From positions 1 to 23,462 of IMG/VR virus record IMGVR_UViG_2698536369_000027: a DNA stretch of 23,462 nt; one strand, written 5' to 3'. A program made the translations under genes and the position numbers. Below the pieces are notes generated by a model, which ran no database searches, had not been told where the DNA came from, and saw only the letters and a program-made list of their open reading frames with translations. The stretch comes from a virus. Its lineage: Duplodnaviria > Heunggongvirae > Uroviricota > Caudoviricetes. This document shows positions 8,216 through 20,573 of the stretch, one piece after another (the stretch's first letter is position 1; every line of letters starts with the position of its first letter).

Positions 8216-9600
8216 TACTGCCCTCCGAGATATTTGCTAATTAATTCGTCATCGGACAATTGCTGTTGAGGTTGGCTATCGCCATAACTTGAGGAAAGAA
8301 AACGTTTTGCCGCAGAGTTCAATGATTCACCCTTCTTAACATCCATCCCCATGATGTTTCGGTTGCGATCAGATTGTCCTGGGCTGCCATTTGCACTCAT
8401 CCACTCTGACCTAAACTCGTTGAACTTCGCGTTATTACTTTCCATTTTTGCCATACCCCTTAACCATCGAGCCATGACCATTGGATTATCCGTTTCGCTT
8501 GGAATGCCTTTCCTTGCAAACTCAATATCCTTATCTGATGCAGGGCCGGGAGGGAGAAGCTTGGTTGCCTGCGCATTGGCTAGTTGGTTGAATCTAATCC
8601 GCATATCTCGGAGGTAGTTATCTTGCCCCGTAAGCTTAGTGAACATATTTTCAGCGTTACCGAACAAACCAGGAGTTGGCTTCTCCTTCTCCAGCGTGTC
8701 AGCAAGCGTTGTCATTGAATCGGCAGCATTACGACTAGCTGCCGCATCACCTGCTGATTTTTCTATAGCCTTTTCCATGTTCACGGATAGTTTTGGCGCA
8801 GCATTAATAAGTTCATCGGCCTTCTTTTGTGCCTGTTGTACTTCAAAACCGCATTTCTGCTTATCAAGTGCCAGTCTTTCTGCTGCAAGTCCGTGCCCAG
8901 TCATTGCTGACTGATAGGAAAGGTTTTGCCCTCTCGCCTGAAGTGCTTCACCAGCCTGATTGCTGCGGATTGTCTCTGCCAGCCTGCCTCGGTCAATTTC
9001 ACGACCAGCCATCTTATCCTGAACAGCAAACGCCTTTTCTGGTCCAAGCGCACCGAGAGACATAGTAGTCAGCATGTGTGATAGCTGCTCTGGATTCTGG
9101 ATACCTGTCTGAATCATCCAGTCAGCATTAGCACCAACGCGATTTAACCTGTCCTTGTTGTCAGTAATGAATTTACTGTAGGCTTCCGGTCCCTGAGAAA
9201 GAGCGACGTTAGCCCTCATGGCTAAATCGCCCATATCGTTGCGTTGCTGATCATTAAGACCTGAAAACGCCTGTTGTGCCTGTGCAACAAACGCTGGATT
9301 TTCCTGGGCAAACTTAAATAGTCCCGATGGATCACCAGAAGCCCATGCATCAGCGTGAACCTTATTGAACGCACTAATCGCTTTCTGTTGCTGTTCCTGC
9401 TTATAAATATCAGCAACTCCAGCCAGACCACGTAACGCGGTCAGACCAACGTTATTTGCACCTGAGCGAGCCAGTTCATTGTTTTCGCGGATCAGACCAA
9501 GCGTTGCGTTAATGTCGCTTGCCTTTGGCGCATTCTCATTTTGCGTACCGATGCCAGCCAGAAAACCACCAGAATTAATACCCTGTTGCCACGTAGCCAT
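8215..9600 (-). CDS. 20: Ejection protein, P22 gp20-like
   Basis: 461-aa ORF (P22 gp20 is about 471 aa), position between gp7 and gp16 homologues. Confidence 0.8.
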   Translation of the reverse strand: MATWQQGINSGGFLAGIGTQNENAPKASDINATLGLIRENNELARSGANNVGLTALRGLAGVADIYKQEQQQKAISAFNKVHADAWASGDPSGLFKFAQENPAFVAQAQQAFSGLNDQQRNDMGDLAMRANVALSQGPEAYSKFITDNKDRLNRVGANADWMIQTGIQNPEQLSHMLTTMSLGALGPEKAFAVQDKMAGREIDRGRLAETIRSNQAGEALQARGQNLSYQSAMTGHGLAAERLALDKQKCGFEVQQAQKKADELINAAPKLSVNMEKAIEKSAGDAAASRNAADSMTTLADTLEKEKPTPGLFGNAENMFTKLTGQDNYLRDMRIRFNQLANAQATKLLPPGPASDKDIEFARKGIPSETDNPMVMARWLRGMAKMESNNAKFNEFRSEWMSANGSPGQSDRNRNIMGMDVKKGESLNSAAKRFLSSSYGDSQPQQQLSDDELISKYLGGQ

Positions 9601-9610
9601 TGATTACCCC

Positions 9611-10303
9611 TTAAAACAACGAGCCAAGCAGACCAAGACCGCCGCCGATCGCAGCCCCCCACGGAGTTGATGAACCAATTAATTTCGCAAGTCCGGCCCC
9701 AGCAATAGCACCAGACGCACCTCCACCAATAGCAGATTGCATTGCTGATGGTCTGTTGGCATTTGCCGCTGCAAGAGCCGCGCTTTGCTGCGAAATCTGA
9801 CTCATGTTGTTGGCATATGTCTGCCCGGCGTTTGCCTGACCTTGCAGTGCGCCAAGACCAATGTTTGCCAGATTCTGGTAGTTGTTCATCTGACCAGACA
9901 GCCACTGCTGACCAAGCGTTGGTGCGATTGTTGCTAACTGATTACCGGTTGCAGTGGAACCCAATCCACCTGTTGCTTCCGCTGCCGCCAGACTCTGATA
10001 GCGAGCCTGACCAGCAAGATCTTTATACTGCTGAGAGTTGTAATACTGGTTAAGTGCCTGACCTTGCCCTTCCAGAGACGATAAGTTCTCGAGGCTGCCG
10101 ACATACTTATCAGCCAGAGGAGTAAACGGCTTCAGGTTGTTCATGATGGTGTTGAACTGCTGATTTTGCAGGTCTGCGGCATACTTCTGAGCTTCTGCTG
10201 CATACTTTGCGCTTTTATCAGAGCTGCCACCTTTCCCGCCTTTTTCAGGGCAATAAGGTTCCTCGCCGCGCAGTTTTCTGCCCAGCTTAAATGCATATAA
10301 CAT
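9611..10303 (-). CDS. 7: Ejection protein, P22 gp7-like
   Basis: 230-aa ORF; Gln/Ala/Gly-rich with a Gly-rich hydrophobic C-terminus, size and position as P22 gp7. Confidence 0.8.
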   Translation of the reverse strand: MLYAFKLGRKLRGEEPYCPEKGGKGGSSDKSAKYAAEAQKYAADLQNQQFNTIMNNLKPFTPLADKYVGSLENLSSLEGQGQALNQYYNSQQYKDLAGQARYQSLAAAEATGGLGSTATGNQLATIAPTLGQQWLSGQMNNYQNLANIGLGALQGQANAGQTYANNMSQISQQSAALAAANANRPSAMQSAIGGGASGAIAGAGLAKLIGSSTPWGAAIGGGLGLLGSLF

Positions 10304-10305
10304 GG

Positions 10306-10761
10306 CTATCTCCCGTGATTCAGGAATTCGATTAGTTCTTCGCGTGTGGCGCTGTAAAATGTCACGTCATTCACGCCTTTGAAGTATTTCTTGATGGTTC
10401 CTACACGCTTAAGGCCAATCATTGCGCAGTACATCTGACCGTGGCGGAATTTGCGTGCGGCGAACGATGTGACGCACTGAACGGTGGTGTTAGTCAGAAT
10501 GTATCGCCAGAACGCCAGCCCGATTTCCTTGCTGAATCCACGAACCTCTGGCAGGTACATGGCGTGGCAATCGAATGTCAGCGGCTGAATCTCCTGATAG
10601 TAAACAATGCCGCCAAACTGACCGTACACGTTAACCTCAAAGTAACGGCATTCAGGCTTGTAGTCGTATCCATCACCGTTGTTGCTTCCGGCAATAATGT
10701 CAGGGTGATTTCCGACTGCTTCGATCAGGTCGATGTTTCGCGTTGGTTTGAACTGAATCAT
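10306..10761 (-). CDS. P22 gp14-like virion protein (by position)
   Basis: ORF between tail needle and gp7; ATG 10759-10761 overlaps the gp26 stop codon by 1 nt; assignment by synteny only. Confidence 0.6.
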   Translation of the reverse strand: MIQFKPTRNIDLIEAVGNHPDIIAGSNNGDGYDYKPECRYFEVNVYGQFGGIVYYQEIQPLTFDCHAMYLPEVRGFSKEIGLAFWRYILTNTTVQCVTSFAARKFRHGQMYCAMIGLKRVGTIKKYFKGVNDVTFYSATREELIEFLNHGR

Positions 10762-11609
10762 CACTGCTCCGCGATTATCTTGATGGTTGTGGCAGTAAAC
10801 GCCGCACCATTTGACTGGATGGTTAACGTACTGCCATTTGTGGCAAGAAATCCGTCTTTATCCACGCTGAAGAACGTAGCTAACAGGATGTTGTCGGTTG
10901 TTGTCGCCGCATTACGACTGCTGACCAACGTGTCAGGAACAGAGCCGGAAAAGGTTAGCTGCATTGACCTGTTTGCGGTTCCACTGGGCCACGTCCCGAC
11001 GATCAACAGCTTGAAGAACAAGGTTTTGTTCTCGTTGAACACAACCATCTTGTTGTTAACGGTGTCGAAGAACGGTGCCAACGTGCCGGATGACGGAGTG
11101 AGCGTTTTCAGCAGGCTAACAAGGTTGGTCGGCGCTGTCGGGATGGTTACAGATACGCCAGAGTAAACAACCTCTGACTTTTTGCGAGTAGTGGCATACT
11201 CCAGAGCATCAATGCGCGTTTCATGGTCTGAAACCTGCGATTCCAGCGACTGAACTCTGGTATCAAGCGAGGCAATATCGCTTTCATTCTGAGCTATTCG
11301 TGTTTCATGTTCCTGAAGAGTTGATTCTGCCTGGCTGATTCGCTCCTCATGATTAACAAGCGTTGCTTCCGCAGCAGAAATTCGCTGCTCATGGTCAGCG
11401 AGAATCACATCCTGCTCATCGTTCCTGACCTGTGCATCATAAGCGCCCTGTCCGGCCTCGTTGGCCTTGTTAGCCACGTTACCAACATCAGTGCCCTGTG
11501 CGATAACGTAAAGCAGATACGACTGCGAGAAGATATTGCGTGGAAGGACTGATGTGTCGAGCCGTGTAGCCTGAATGATTACCGGCACATTGAGATTCGA
11601 ATCCGCCAT
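10761..11609 (-). CDS. 26: Tail needle protein (P22 gp26-like N-terminus with a C-terminal knob extension)
   Basis: N-terminus [43 protein letters not shown]...[18 protein letters not shown] matches P22 gp26 from memory; heptad-like coiled-coil repeats (HE.RI..AE..L); 282 aa versus 233 in P22 implies an added C-terminal domain. Confidence 0.9.
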   Translation of the reverse strand: MADSNLNVPVIIQATRLDTSVLPRNIFSQSYLLYVIAQGTDVGNVANKANEAGQGAYDAQVRNDEQDVILADHEQRISAAEATLVNHEERISQAESTLQEHETRIAQNESDIASLDTRVQSLESQVSDHETRIDALEYATTRKKSEVVYSGVSVTIPTAPTNLVSLLKTLTPSSGTLAPFFDTVNNKMVVFNENKTLFFKLLIVGTWPSGTANRSMQLTFSGSVPDTLVSSRNAATTTDNILLATFFSVDKDGFLATNGSTLTIQSNGAAFTATTIKIIAEQ

Positions 11610-13027
11610 TACTCAATCCTTATCTGAGCGCCAGACAGAGTGACAGGTGACTTCGTGATAACGCGCAATTTGAAGCCGACATTTTTCCTGATTCGCCCGA
11701 CTCGCTTCCACAAAACACGTTTGTCGTAAACGAACGGTTCATTCTGCTCAATCATCTGCTCACGACCGTAATTGATGCCGTCAGTGGTTGCAGAGAGGAA
11801 CAGGCGGTCGGCGTACTGCGCAACGCCAGTTGACGATTCAACCTCAAGGTCGAACACTCTGGCGTTATCCGCTTTGAACAACGGAGTAAACAGCAGGTGT
11901 TCCTGTTGCTTGTCGTACTGGCTGCTGATATCGAATTGCAATTTCCCGGTCACGGACTCCAGCTTATCGCCGCACGTTATCTGATTGCCTTCGTAAATGA
12001 AGTCGATAGCGCGGTACACATCATCATACAGTCCTGTTTTCAGCACACACCATTGCGGACCATTGGCGCTTGAAGATGCGTCGTACACGAGGACGTGACG
12101 CGGAAGATGGATAATCAGCAACTCATGAGCATCAAATCGCAGCGATTCCATCACACCATCAGCCAGTTCATCAGCAGTGTAGGAGCGTAGTATTTTCTCA
12201 ATGCTCGCGCTGGCGATTGGTGATACCTGCCCGGAACCGATGATATACACAGACGGCGCACCTGTTGCCGGATTGCTGATGAACGCATACGAATCAGCAA
12301 ACGGCGTTTTGCAGTAAGTCCCGGCAATACCTTTCTGCACCATCAGCGATGGTTGTGCAACATACAAAGCTGCACCAACGGTGGTTGCACCAGTCAGGGA
12401 AAAATATTCAATCGTCGATGAACCAAAGCAGACGATGAAGTCTCGCCATGTACCTATGCCGATGATGCCGTCCGGCTGCGATTCTGCGCGATATTGTGCG
12501 CTGTAACGGTCAGGATGCGATTCGTCTTCAAGGTCAGTGATAAACCATGAATCCGTGCCGTCTTTTGACCACGCATAACGCCCACGTAAGCGCGTAATGT
12601 CGCGAACCGAACCTAACTCATACTGCGTGAATCCGCTGTCTGTAGGCCAGTTTGAGACGGTTTTAACCGTGCCATCATAACGATACTCGACCAGTTGACC
12701 ATTAACGCCTACAGCCTGAGATGTCCGACCATGCGCCATTGATACACGACCACTTCCGGCAACATCACCGGCTTCGCTTTCGCCTTTGTAGAGCTTTCCA
12801 CCACACACGCGATAAACAGCACTCTGCGCCATGTTGTACTCGACGCCTCGAGATATACCGTTCACATCAGAACGTTTGGCAATGCCCGGGAATGAGCGAA
12901 GATATCCGCTGCTGTTCAGGATTTCTTTGGGTGTAGCCAGCATATTCACTGGCAGATAGTCGATATAGTCGGCGTTTCGAAAGTCTTTGCCGACACCTTT
13001 CATAAGCGGAAGTTGCTGAATCGGCAT
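11609..13027 (-). CDS. 10: Tail accessory (portal-closure) protein, P22 gp10-like
   Basis: 472-aa ORF, same length as P22 gp10, conserved position 4-10-26, start/stop overlaps with neighbours. Confidence 0.85.
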   Translation of the reverse strand: MPIQQLPLMKGVGKDFRNADYIDYLPVNMLATPKEILNSSGYLRSFPGIAKRSDVNGISRGVEYNMAQSAVYRVCGGKLYKGESEAGDVAGSGRVSMAHGRTSQAVGVNGQLVEYRYDGTVKTVSNWPTDSGFTQYELGSVRDITRLRGRYAWSKDGTDSWFITDLEDESHPDRYSAQYRAESQPDGIIGIGTWRDFIVCFGSSTIEYFSLTGATTVGAALYVAQPSLMVQKGIAGTYCKTPFADSYAFISNPATGAPSVYIIGSGQVSPIASASIEKILRSYTADELADGVMESLRFDAHELLIIHLPRHVLVYDASSSANGPQWCVLKTGLYDDVYRAIDFIYEGNQITCGDKLESVTGKLQFDISSQYDKQQEHLLFTPLFKADNARVFDLEVESSTGVAQYADRLFLSATTDGINYGREQMIEQNEPFVYDKRVLWKRVGRIRKNVGFKLRVITKSPVTLSGAQIRIE

Positions 13028-13528
13028 TTATTCGCTCCCGTTATCGCAAGGTTCCTTCCGGTGGAAGTAATTCCAACCGTTCCACTTCGCCAACTGGTTA
13101 CCGCTACCAACAGGCATACGGTTTGGATAACCGGACTTACATTTAGCGGCTTTTGCCCTATCCATTGCAGACAGTTTGACGAGTCGCTCTTTCCCGTATC
13201 TGGCAGTGGTTATAAGTTTTGCAGACGCTTCCAGCGCATAATCTGGAGCAATGCGGCAGGCAAGGTTGAAAATGACGGCATTGATAGCGTTATTTGATAA
13301 ACCGTGCTCATCGCCCGGATCCGGAGCAACATCTGCATCAGCAAAAATGTAGCCAACGTTGATACCAGGTGACGCATCACCGCCAATCCATTCAGCCATC
13401 ATCATTTCAAGGTCGTTGACGCCGTCTTCCATAGACTGCGGTTCGACATCTGTTAACGTGGCATTTGATGCCACACCGAGCTTACGTAATGCCGCAAGGA
13501 CTAAATCACCCTTCGTTGTCAGGTTCAT
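13028..13528 (-). CDS. 4: Tail accessory protein, P22 gp4-like
   Basis: From ATG 13526-13528 (AAGGCGG RBS) the 166-aa product [33 protein letters not shown]... matches P22 gp4 from memory; the ORF-track N-terminal extension is rejected. Confidence 0.85.
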   Translation of the reverse strand: MNLTTKGDLVLAALRKLGVASNATLTDVEPQSMEDGVNDLEMMMAEWIGGDASPGINVGYIFADADVAPDPGDEHGLSNNAINAVIFNLACRIAPDYALEASAKLITTARYGKERLVKLSAMDRAKAAKCKSGYPNRMPVGSGNQLAKWNGWNYFHRKEPCDNGSE

Positions 13529-14099
13529 CTGCTGCCGCCTTAGGTTTTCGACCAGGCTTTTTACGCTGTTTTTCTTCTGGCTCTGGCTCTGCAATAGCCG
13601 GACGCAAACTCAGGAGTCGTCCAAGAACATCATTTGCTTCATGACCATCCCACTCTTTCCCGAACTCAAGCTCAGTACCTTCAGGAAGGAACTCGATTTC
13701 TTCAACAGGTAGGTGATAAGTGATTTCGCCTTCTGGAGTGGTGATACCAGCAATGATCCAGCCATCCCACTCTTCACCGTCACTGTGTTTGCGAGACCAC
13801 CACGAAAGCTCAGCGTAAGCATGCATCAGCGATGAGAAGAGGCGCACTCGGTGAGCGTAAAGCTCGTTAAAAGTGTGATAACCGTCGGACACTTCGCCCA
13901 TATCAACTGGGGAAGTTTCACCTCCGCCAACACTCCTAATGTGATCACCAACAAGAGGATCATCAGGAACATCGTCAGGGTGCTTATACCAGCCATTTGC
14001 TAAGTGCACAGCTACATCATCAGGATCAACGGTTTTCGTTTTCAGCTTGCGTCCCCAGATTTTGGTATCTCCGCCAGCCTGAAAAATCATTACGCTCAT
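13506..14099 (-). CDS. Hypothetical ~197-aa protein inserted between the coat gene and gp4
   Basis: ATG 14097-14099 with GGAGAT RBS; acidic, Trp-rich middle and a low-complexity basic/acidic tail ([26 protein letters not shown]); overlaps the gp4 start by 23 nt. Confidence 0.55.
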   Translation of the reverse strand: MSVMIFQAGGDTKIWGRKLKTKTVDPDDVAVHLANGWYKHPDDVPDDPLVGDHIRSVGGGETSPVDMGEVSDGYHTFNELYAHRVRLFSSLMHAYAELSWWSRKHSDGEEWDGWIIAGITTPEGEITYHLPVEEIEFLPEGTELEFGKEWDGHEANDVLGRLLSLRPAIAEPEPEEKQRKKPGRKPKAAADEPDNEG

Positions 14100-14118
14100 T
14101 GGTATCTCCAATAGAAAA

Positions 14119-14134
14119 GGGAGCCGAAGCTCCC
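14119..14134 (-). terminator. Stem-loop just downstream of the coat gene (attenuator or RNA-stabilising hairpin)
   Basis: Minus-sense GGGAGC-TTCG-GCTCCC followed by TTTTCTATT; sits between the coat stop (14143) and the next start (14099). Confidence 0.5.
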
Positions 14135-14142
14135 TCTGGTTA

Positions 14143-15438
14143 TCACGCGGTCTGGTTAGGCAGACCAACACCAATTGCCTCTGGTCGTACAGCACATGCT
14201 GAATACCACACAGCAATACGGCACTTACCAGACAGAGTGTTGATATCACCCTGCGTTGCGAAGATGCCGTTAACACCAATACCAGGAATGCTGAAGGAAG
14301 ACGTTTTCATGCCAGCAAACAGTTCATGGGTTACCGGGATCGGCTGAGACAGCAGACGGATTGAGTCATCAGCCCAGAACACGTTAGCGGTTGTTGTTGC
14401 CACGTTCAGAACGTTTACCGGAGTGGTATCAGCAAGAGAGGTGTTTACGTTAGCGTAAGCCTTCTCTTCTTTTGTCAGTGACGCGTCATCCAGTGCAATC
14501 GGTTTCGGCGTGATTTCGATGTGAGTACCATCGATCACACGGGTGATTGAGAAAGTCGCATCATCAGTTAGCACGTTCTTCGCCATCTGAGACAGGAATT
14601 TCACACCAGTGAAACTGATTTTGTCGCCGCGCTTAAATCCGGTGGTGGAGGATACGGTCACCGTTGCAACACGGTTGTCGACGTTCTCTTTGTTACCATC
14701 GGTATCAAGGGTGTATGCCTGCGGCTTAAACTTCTGCGCACCAGAAACAGTTACACCAGTAGCGGTTGACTTGGTAACTGCCGGAAGTTTCGGTGAGCGA
14801 AGAATTTCATCAAAGCCAGCAATCTGACGCTGAATAGTACCGTTGCGATATGCTTCTTCAGGAACGCGCCCGAAGATGTCACCATCTACCAGGTTGCGGC
14901 CTGCTTTGCGGTAATCGTCAGGGTTCAGGAAGTAACTGATGCCCATATCGCGGTTTAGCTCACGGGAGAACATCAGGCGCTCTGCATCAGACACAAAATC
15001 CCAGCCAGACAGGCCAGTAGATGGACCAATTGCGCGGGTATCGTGAACAACAAGTGAGCCCATTTCGGTTGCCTGTTTGGCAATTGCTGACTCAATGTTA
15101 TTCGCCAGTTTTTTGGCGGATGCCTGGATGCGGCTACGGTAAGAACGCTCATCACGCAGGTCATCTGCACGAAGCTCGAAGAAATCGTTATCCGGATCGC
15201 CCATGTTGCATTTCACGGAGAGTTCCAGAATCCCGGTTGCGTTGCCAGTTAAATCCCAGCCAGTCTGCGTTGGCGCTTCCTGCTCAACAGGCATCCACAC
15301 GGTGTTGCTTGAACGTTGCATGGGTTCTGCCGGAGGGGTGTATTTTGTCACTTTGGACGCCATTGGCGTCAGGTTCTGGACGGTTTCGATGATTTCATCC
15401 AGAGCATACGTGACCAGTTGACCTTCATTTAATGCCAT
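14143..15438 (-). CDS. 5: Major capsid (coat) protein, P22 gp5-like
   Basis: 431-aa ORF (P22 coat is 430 aa) directly after the scaffold gene; 1-nt start/stop overlap with scaffold. Confidence 0.9.
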   Translation of the reverse strand: MALNEGQLVTYALDEIIETVQNLTPMASKVTKYTPPAEPMQRSSNTVWMPVEQEAPTQTGWDLTGNATGILELSVKCNMGDPDNDFFELRADDLRDERSYRSRIQASAKKLANNIESAIAKQATEMGSLVVHDTRAIGPSTGLSGWDFVSDAERLMFSRELNRDMGISYFLNPDDYRKAGRNLVDGDIFGRVPEEAYRNGTIQRQIAGFDEILRSPKLPAVTKSTATGVTVSGAQKFKPQAYTLDTDGNKENVDNRVATVTVSSTTGFKRGDKISFTGVKFLSQMAKNVLTDDATFSITRVIDGTHIEITPKPIALDDASLTKEEKAYANVNTSLADTTPVNVLNVATTTANVFWADDSIRLLSQPIPVTHELFAGMKTSSFSIPGIGVNGIFATQGDINTLSGKCRIAVWYSACAVRPEAIGVGLPNQTA

Positions 15439-16349
15439 TATCGAATTCCTTTATTCAGTTGCGCCTTAAGCTTGCGGTACGTATCTACATCCCCTTTGTT
15501 TGCTGCCGCTTCCATCTGCTTTTCAATCGCAGAGATATTTGCAGCAACAGCGTGCCCCTGAATGGGTTCATCAGGTAACGGGGCTTCTGAAACAGGCTTG
15601 GCTCGAGGCTTGAGAGTTAAACGTTCTGACAGTCGAGTGAGTTCAATCAGCGCGGATTGCCCGTCCATCGCCAGCAACTGGCGTGTTTTCTCAGGATTAG
15701 CACCAAGGTGATACATGAGAGCAGCGGATTTCTCCGGGAAGAGGCGCATGATGTCGGCACCGACTGCTGGCGGCACCAGTTGCATGAATGCATCCTCTTT
15801 CTCCTGATAGTCAGGGATATTGAGCTTTTCCGCTGCGTCGTAGTGCTTACGGGCTGCCTCGACGTATTGCGCTGATTGCTGGGTGAACTCCTGAGTTTTG
15901 CGACCCTGCTCGGCGACAGCCTGGCTTCGTGCGTCCATAGCCTTGATCTGCCATTCACTGTTTGCCTGCTGGAAGGCAGCCAGTGCGCGGCTCTGGTCAT
16001 AGTCGTACTTAGCCAGTGCGTCTTCGGAAAGATAATCGTTAGGGTCTGGTTGTTTTGGTAACTCAGGGTTCACCCGCAGGTGCTCCGGCAACTCTCCCCG
16101 CTTAACCGCTTCCATCTGTTGCTCAAGCTCACGCTGGCGTTTGCGTTCGATGCGGCGACGAGCAAATTCAGCATTAGTTGCCGGGTCTTGTTTTGGTTTC
16201 TCATCGTCTTTCAGGACAATCTCGAAGCCTTCTTCCTGACCTGCGTTGTCGTTGGCATTATCGACAACTAAGCCATCAGCAGATGCCGCTGCATGATTGC
16301 CGGGCAGGGTTAATTCTTCAGAAGCCTGAATGTCGGTGGTTTGGTCCAT
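15438..16349 (-). CDS. 8: Scaffolding protein, P22 gp8-like
   Basis: 303-aa ORF, same length as P22 gp8; highly charged, helix-prone, between portal and coat. Confidence 0.85.
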   Translation of the reverse strand: MDQTTDIQASEELTLPGNHAAASADGLVVDNANDNAGQEEGFEIVLKDDEKPKQDPATNAEFARRRIERKRQRELEQQMEAVKRGELPEHLRVNPELPKQPDPNDYLSEDALAKYDYDQSRALAAFQQANSEWQIKAMDARSQAVAEQGRKTQEFTQQSAQYVEAARKHYDAAEKLNIPDYQEKEDAFMQLVPPAVGADIMRLFPEKSAALMYHLGANPEKTRQLLAMDGQSALIELTRLSERLTLKPRAKPVSEAPLPDEPIQGHAVAANISAIEKQMEAAANKGDVDTYRKLKAQLNKGIR

Positions 16350-16362
16350 GATTAACTCTCTC

Positions 16363-18528
16363 TTATTGAGGTGTCTCGGCTACTCCGCCGGAGGGGATTT
16401 GAACTTGACGCATAAGATTCGCGAAATCCATGCGTTGTGAATGAGTCTGGTCTGCATCTTTAAGAAGCAGCTCAGCGTTAGCACGAGCATCTTTGCTGCG
16501 CTGTTGCTGGAATTGACCTACGAGCTTGAGGTACTCACGCAGTTCTGCCTGCTTGTCGAGGTCCATATTGTTGAAGATTTCCGCAATCTTCGCGGCGTTG
16601 AGTTGGTTTTGGGCTTCAACCTTGGCGGCTTCAACCTGAATCTGCGCCTGTTGGTTCTCTGCCTTGAGCAATTCAGCCTGACCTTGCAGAAGGATACCCT
16701 GCGCCTGAATTTGCTCTGCTGATGGCTGCTGCGGCTGTTGTTGTGCCTGTTGTACCATCTCCATCTCTTCAGGTGTTTCTGGTTTCTTCAGCCCCATCAT
16801 CACCAGTTGCTTGTTCGCGTACTCTCGCATCATCTCGACGCCTTTACCGTCAAGCAGCGTGAAGTATTGCAGCATCAGCATCTGGAACTCTGGAGTACCT
16901 TGCGGAACCTTGGTGAGTAACTCCTGAATCTCTGCGCGGTTCTGTTCCTTCATGCTCTGGAAGGATGGCCCAACGTCTGTATAGCACTCATAGCGACCGC
17001 GAATGTCGTTGAGTGTGACCACATTACCGGACTGGTAATCGACAACTTGCGCGTAGAGTTGAATGTCTTTCTCGCTTCCATCTTCAAGTGTCAGCGTTAC
17101 ATGACGAGGAACGTCATAAATATCGTTGACCATTGAGGCATAAATCTCGCCATCACGTCGCATTGCGGTAGCCAGGTTATCCTGAAACACGTATGTCTCA
17201 AGGTCTGCCCGCATGTTCAGTTGATTGACGGTATCGAAAGCGACCTGACCATTTGCCGCCTGCGCATCCACGCCAAGACTAGCCACTTCTTTCACTGCGT
17301 TGGTGGCAGCCTCAAGCATGTAAGCGTTGGCTTGCGGCACTTCAGGGTTTTCCATGTAGGAGATTGGACCAATCGGCAGGTCGTTACCGTTTTCATCGGT
17401 CCTGTTCTGCAGATAGTACGGATAGTCATCATTTCCACCGTACATGTATTCGTAGCCTTCGATTTGCTCAGGGAAGAAGGTCGGTTTCTTCTTCGGTGAG
17501 CGAGCAACAATATCGGCGTTGAATGACATGATCATGTTACGAAGGCGTTGACCGTCTTTCGTCAGCCTTACCACGCCCTCGTAGCACTCCTTGTCACCAG
17601 CGAATGACCATTCGCCGTACACAGGAACGATTGGGATATGCTCTCCGGCTATCTTCTCGCGGTCTTTCAGTATCTGCGTGCAGGTGATGATCGACTTATA
17701 CACACGCCGACGCTTGACCTTACGCTCTGCTACCTTAATGAATCCACGATTAGCCAGGTCGTCGATGACGTCTTTGATATCCTGCTGGTAATAGCTGACC
17801 GGCTCACCTGTCAGCGGGTCGCGGTAGATGAAGACTTTCTCCTTCTTCTCTTCTACCTCGTAATACTCAGCGACATAGACGACATCATTCGATACCCACG
17901 GGAACAGCCATGTATCGTTCGGATTCTGGAAAGATGGCAAGGTGTCAGGATCAATACCGTAATCCTCTGCGAACTCTTTCCAGCCATTGCGTGACAAAGC
18001 GTTAATCACCGTGCAATGCTTAGCGTCGCTCTTATCCATCTGCTTGCTGTTGGCGTCCCATATGACGTGTGAGCAGGCTTCATGGATTGGCAGGCGTCGG
18101 ATTACCTGATTGTTGCTTGTTGGGTCGTTGTCTTCGTACTGGGTAACCAGACGCCATGCACCAACGCCGGACTCTATCTGCTCACGAACGCCAACGTTAA
18201 CGGCAATCTTTGCCGTGTTATGGCGCATATCAGTACGATACATTCCCATCAACACATCGGCAGCATCAGGATTAGCGCCGTCTTTTGGTCGGAAGAGAAC
18301 GTCGATAGGGTTCCGGCGCATCTCTGCGACCAGTTTCCTGACCACCGGGCGGACAACATCGAATTGTCCGCGATATTGCAGGGTGGTGTAGTTTGATAGC
18401 CAGTCATCCCATTGCGACACTCGGCTAAAATACAGGTCATTTGTCGCCTCGGTTCTGGCTTCATCGCTCGCCATCCAGTCTGCGTCAAACTTACACAGAA
18501 TGGAATTGAGTCTGTTTTCGTCGGCCAT
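16363..18528 (-). CDS. 1: Portal protein, P22 gp1-like
   Basis: 721-aa ORF; N-terminus and internal blocks ([35 protein letters not shown]-terminal Q-rich barrel region) match P22 portal from memory. Confidence 0.9.
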   Translation of the reverse strand: MADENRLNSILCKFDADWMASDEARTEATNDLYFSRVSQWDDWLSNYTTLQYRGQFDVVRPVVRKLVAEMRRNPIDVLFRPKDGANPDAADVLMGMYRTDMRHNTAKIAVNVGVREQIESGVGAWRLVTQYEDNDPTSNNQVIRRLPIHEACSHVIWDANSKQMDKSDAKHCTVINALSRNGWKEFAEDYGIDPDTLPSFQNPNDTWLFPWVSNDVVYVAEYYEVEEKKEKVFIYRDPLTGEPVSYYQQDIKDVIDDLANRGFIKVAERKVKRRRVYKSIITCTQILKDREKIAGEHIPIVPVYGEWSFAGDKECYEGVVRLTKDGQRLRNMIMSFNADIVARSPKKKPTFFPEQIEGYEYMYGGNDDYPYYLQNRTDENGNDLPIGPISYMENPEVPQANAYMLEAATNAVKEVASLGVDAQAANGQVAFDTVNQLNMRADLETYVFQDNLATAMRRDGEIYASMVNDIYDVPRHVTLTLEDGSEKDIQLYAQVVDYQSGNVVTLNDIRGRYECYTDVGPSFQSMKEQNRAEIQELLTKVPQGTPEFQMLMLQYFTLLDGKGVEMMREYANKQLVMMGLKKPETPEEMEMVQQAQQQPQQPSAEQIQAQGILLQGQAELLKAENQQAQIQVEAAKVEAQNQLNAAKIAEIFNNMDLDKQAELREYLKLVGQFQQQRSKDARANAELLLKDADQTHSQRMDFANLMRQVQIPSGGVAETPQ

Positions 18529-20028
18529 TTAAGTTCTCCGTGCGATGGGCCTGATTGGGGCTGGTATCTTTTTCTCTTTTGGCTTTTTGATGTCGCGCAT
18601 CATTTTTGCGAAGCGGCGCATCATGTATGCATAGCGAACGGCGGATAGCACGTCGTCGTTAAGCTTGACGATTTTCCCGTTTTCATCACGGTGATAGAGG
18701 CGGAACTCCTCAAAGAATGGCTCACAGGTGTTGAATACTTTGAAGCGACCGTCGAGCATCATGTCTCGCAATTCAGTGATGCCAGGCTCAACAGCGTTAC
18801 CGCCATCAGGCCATGTCGCATGCTCCTGTAACATCATAAATCCAGCGTCTGCATACTGCCCTTTGAGCTGCTCACCGCCACCCTTCTCGTGCTGGTTTCC
18901 GTCATGAGGCCATGCAGTTGGCACTTTATGCGCCCATGATTTAACGGCCCCCCACGTCTGAACGGCTGTTTTTTCTTTCGCCTTCCACACGCGTGAAACG
19001 TAGATTGTGTCTGCGTCCTTATCCCACCAAAGCTGAACCTGCGCCTGCGGGTGATCCCATCCGAAATCCATCCCGCCAATTACGTAGAAGTGTTCAGGAC
19101 ACTCGAACGGCTGACACTTAATCGTCTCTTCCGGTATCTGGAAGATTCGACCACTACCCATCGTAGGAATACCGCGAGCACGCGCCTCTCTCTCATGCTC
19201 AGGATAGGATGCGATGATTTGCTCTTTCTGCTCGTCGGTGTAGTGCTCAGCGTCATAGATGGTCATGTTGACCACTTTCTGAGACTTGCTGGGATTCTTC
19301 AGGAACTTGGTAACAACGTCAGACATCCCCATCAGCGGGGTAAACGTCAGAATTGAGAATTGCCCGTATTTGTTGGTACGGGTAAGCCCTTCGCCATAAA
19401 TGCTGTATGGTGGCTCTTCGTCAAACCACACGCCGTGGATTGTGTCACCCTGCCAGCGAGCACGGCCTTGCGAGTATGGTTTGAAGTAGCAGATTGAAAT
19501 GCCATCTTCAACGCCATCAGCCGTGTGATGCTTAACCAGAAGGTGATCAACAAGATTCGGAAAGAAAGGAGACTTCTTCCAGCTAATGATATCCTCTTTC
19601 GGTATGGAACCGTAGCCAGGCTCATCATTCTCTTCGATACGACCGCACAGGATGCGTTGAGTCGTTTTGGTTACCGTCTCGTTTGTCTCGCCGCCAATCC
19701 AGAAAACAACAGGCTCATAGAAACGCTTACCTTTCCACTCACCGCCATATTTACCATCAGCAGGATAGCCTTTTGTGCCCGGATAACGCCCTGTAAGGTG
19801 AAACGCGACTTCAGCAGCACCAGTAAATGACTTACCAAGCTGGTTACCAGCCATAAAACATCGCTCTGGATAGTCATGTCCGGCGTCGATGAACTCACGC
19901 TGTTTGCTGTATGGCGTAAATTCATATAGCAGGTGTGTGTTCCGGTAGTTCTCTTCTTCTTCGAGTAGCTCGAGCAATTCGATTTGCTCTTCGTCGCTCA
20001 AGTTATCAAGAATCGCGTCCAGTTCCAC
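18529..20028 (-). CDS. 2: Terminase large subunit, P22 gp2-like
   Basis: 499-aa ORF, same length as P22 gp2; starts [20 protein letters not shown] at a GTG (20026-20028) with AAGGAG RBS; overlaps the gene 3 stop. Confidence 0.9.
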   Translation of the reverse strand: MELDAILDNLSDEEQIELLELLEEEENYRNTHLLYEFTPYSKQREFIDAGHDYPERCFMAGNQLGKSFTGAAEVAFHLTGRYPGTKGYPADGKYGGEWKGKRFYEPVVFWIGGETNETVTKTTQRILCGRIEENDEPGYGSIPKEDIISWKKSPFFPNLVDHLLVKHHTADGVEDGISICYFKPYSQGRARWQGDTIHGVWFDEEPPYSIYGEGLTRTNKYGQFSILTFTPLMGMSDVVTKFLKNPSKSQKVVNMTIYDAEHYTDEQKEQIIASYPEHEREARARGIPTMGSGRIFQIPEETIKCQPFECPEHFYVIGGMDFGWDHPQAQVQLWWDKDADTIYVSRVWKAKEKTAVQTWGAVKSWAHKVPTAWPHDGNQHEKGGGEQLKGQYADAGFMMLQEHATWPDGGNAVEPGITELRDMMLDGRFKVFNTCEPFFEEFRLYHRDENGKIVKLNDDVLSAVRYAYMMRRFAKMMRDIKKPKEKKIPAPIRPIARRT

Positions 20029-20494
20029 GGTTGAATAGCTCCTTGATACGAGAGCGTCGCTTATCGCGATCTCCCTTATCAGGTGTCACGTCTTCAACTT
20101 GCGACTGCTCTTTGAGGCCCAAATCACGGGCGATGATGTTAGCATTGAGAAGGTCAGCGGCTGCGCCAGAAAATTTCTGGTCGTAGATGACCTGTTCTGC
20201 TCGCGTAACGACTTCAGATAAATCTTCTCGCAGGCGATATGTGCGCCATGTTTCAAGCGTCACATCAATGAACAGAGTGAGGCCGGTAATGGTCATCGCT
20301 CGCATCTTGGCGATAGGCTCTTGTATCACTTCACCCTGATACGAGAACGCCTTCATCTCCCATAGCGGGTTAGCTTCTACCCACTCGAAGTATTCACAAC
20401 AAGCAGCCCACAGCGCCTCAGGCGATTCGAATTTAGGATTTCGCCCATGACTACTGCGGGCCTCCCAAAATCGGTTGCCCTTTGGTGCTGCCAT
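20006..20494 (-). CDS. 3: Terminase small subunit, P22 gp3-like
   Basis: 162-aa [53 protein letters not shown]... matches P22 gp3 from memory; contains a P22-type pac sequence. Confidence 0.9.
   Translation of the reverse strand: MAAPKGNRFWEARSSHGRNPKFESPEALWAACCEYFEWVEANPLWEMKAFSYQGEVIQEPIAKMRAMTITGLTLFIDVTLETWRTYRLREDLSEVVTRAEQVIYDQKFSGAAADLLNANIIARDLGLKEQSQVEDVTPDKGDRDKRRSRIKELFNRGTGRDS
20200..20227 (-). other. pac site (headful packaging initiation) inside gene 3
   Basis: Minus-sense GAAGATTTATCTGAAGTCGTTACGCGAG, matching the P22 pac sequence from memory, inside the small terminase ORF as in P22. Confidence 0.7.
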
Positions 20495-20573
20495 ATTGAT
20501 TATTTCCCTTCTGCTTGCTTATCCCATTCATCGCGGAATTTGGAAGGGTTGTCGAAACCTTGAGTTGCCATGT

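Noticed and set aside
13529-13594. N-terminal extension of gp4 (188-aa ORF-track version)
   Set aside because: The extension overlaps the upstream gene and has no counterpart in the P22 gp4 N-terminus; the ATG at 13526-13528 with RBS gives the expected 166 aa
13610-13822. 70-aa minus-strand ORF inside the 197-aa gene
   Set aside because: Alternative frame of a better-supported ORF, no RBS
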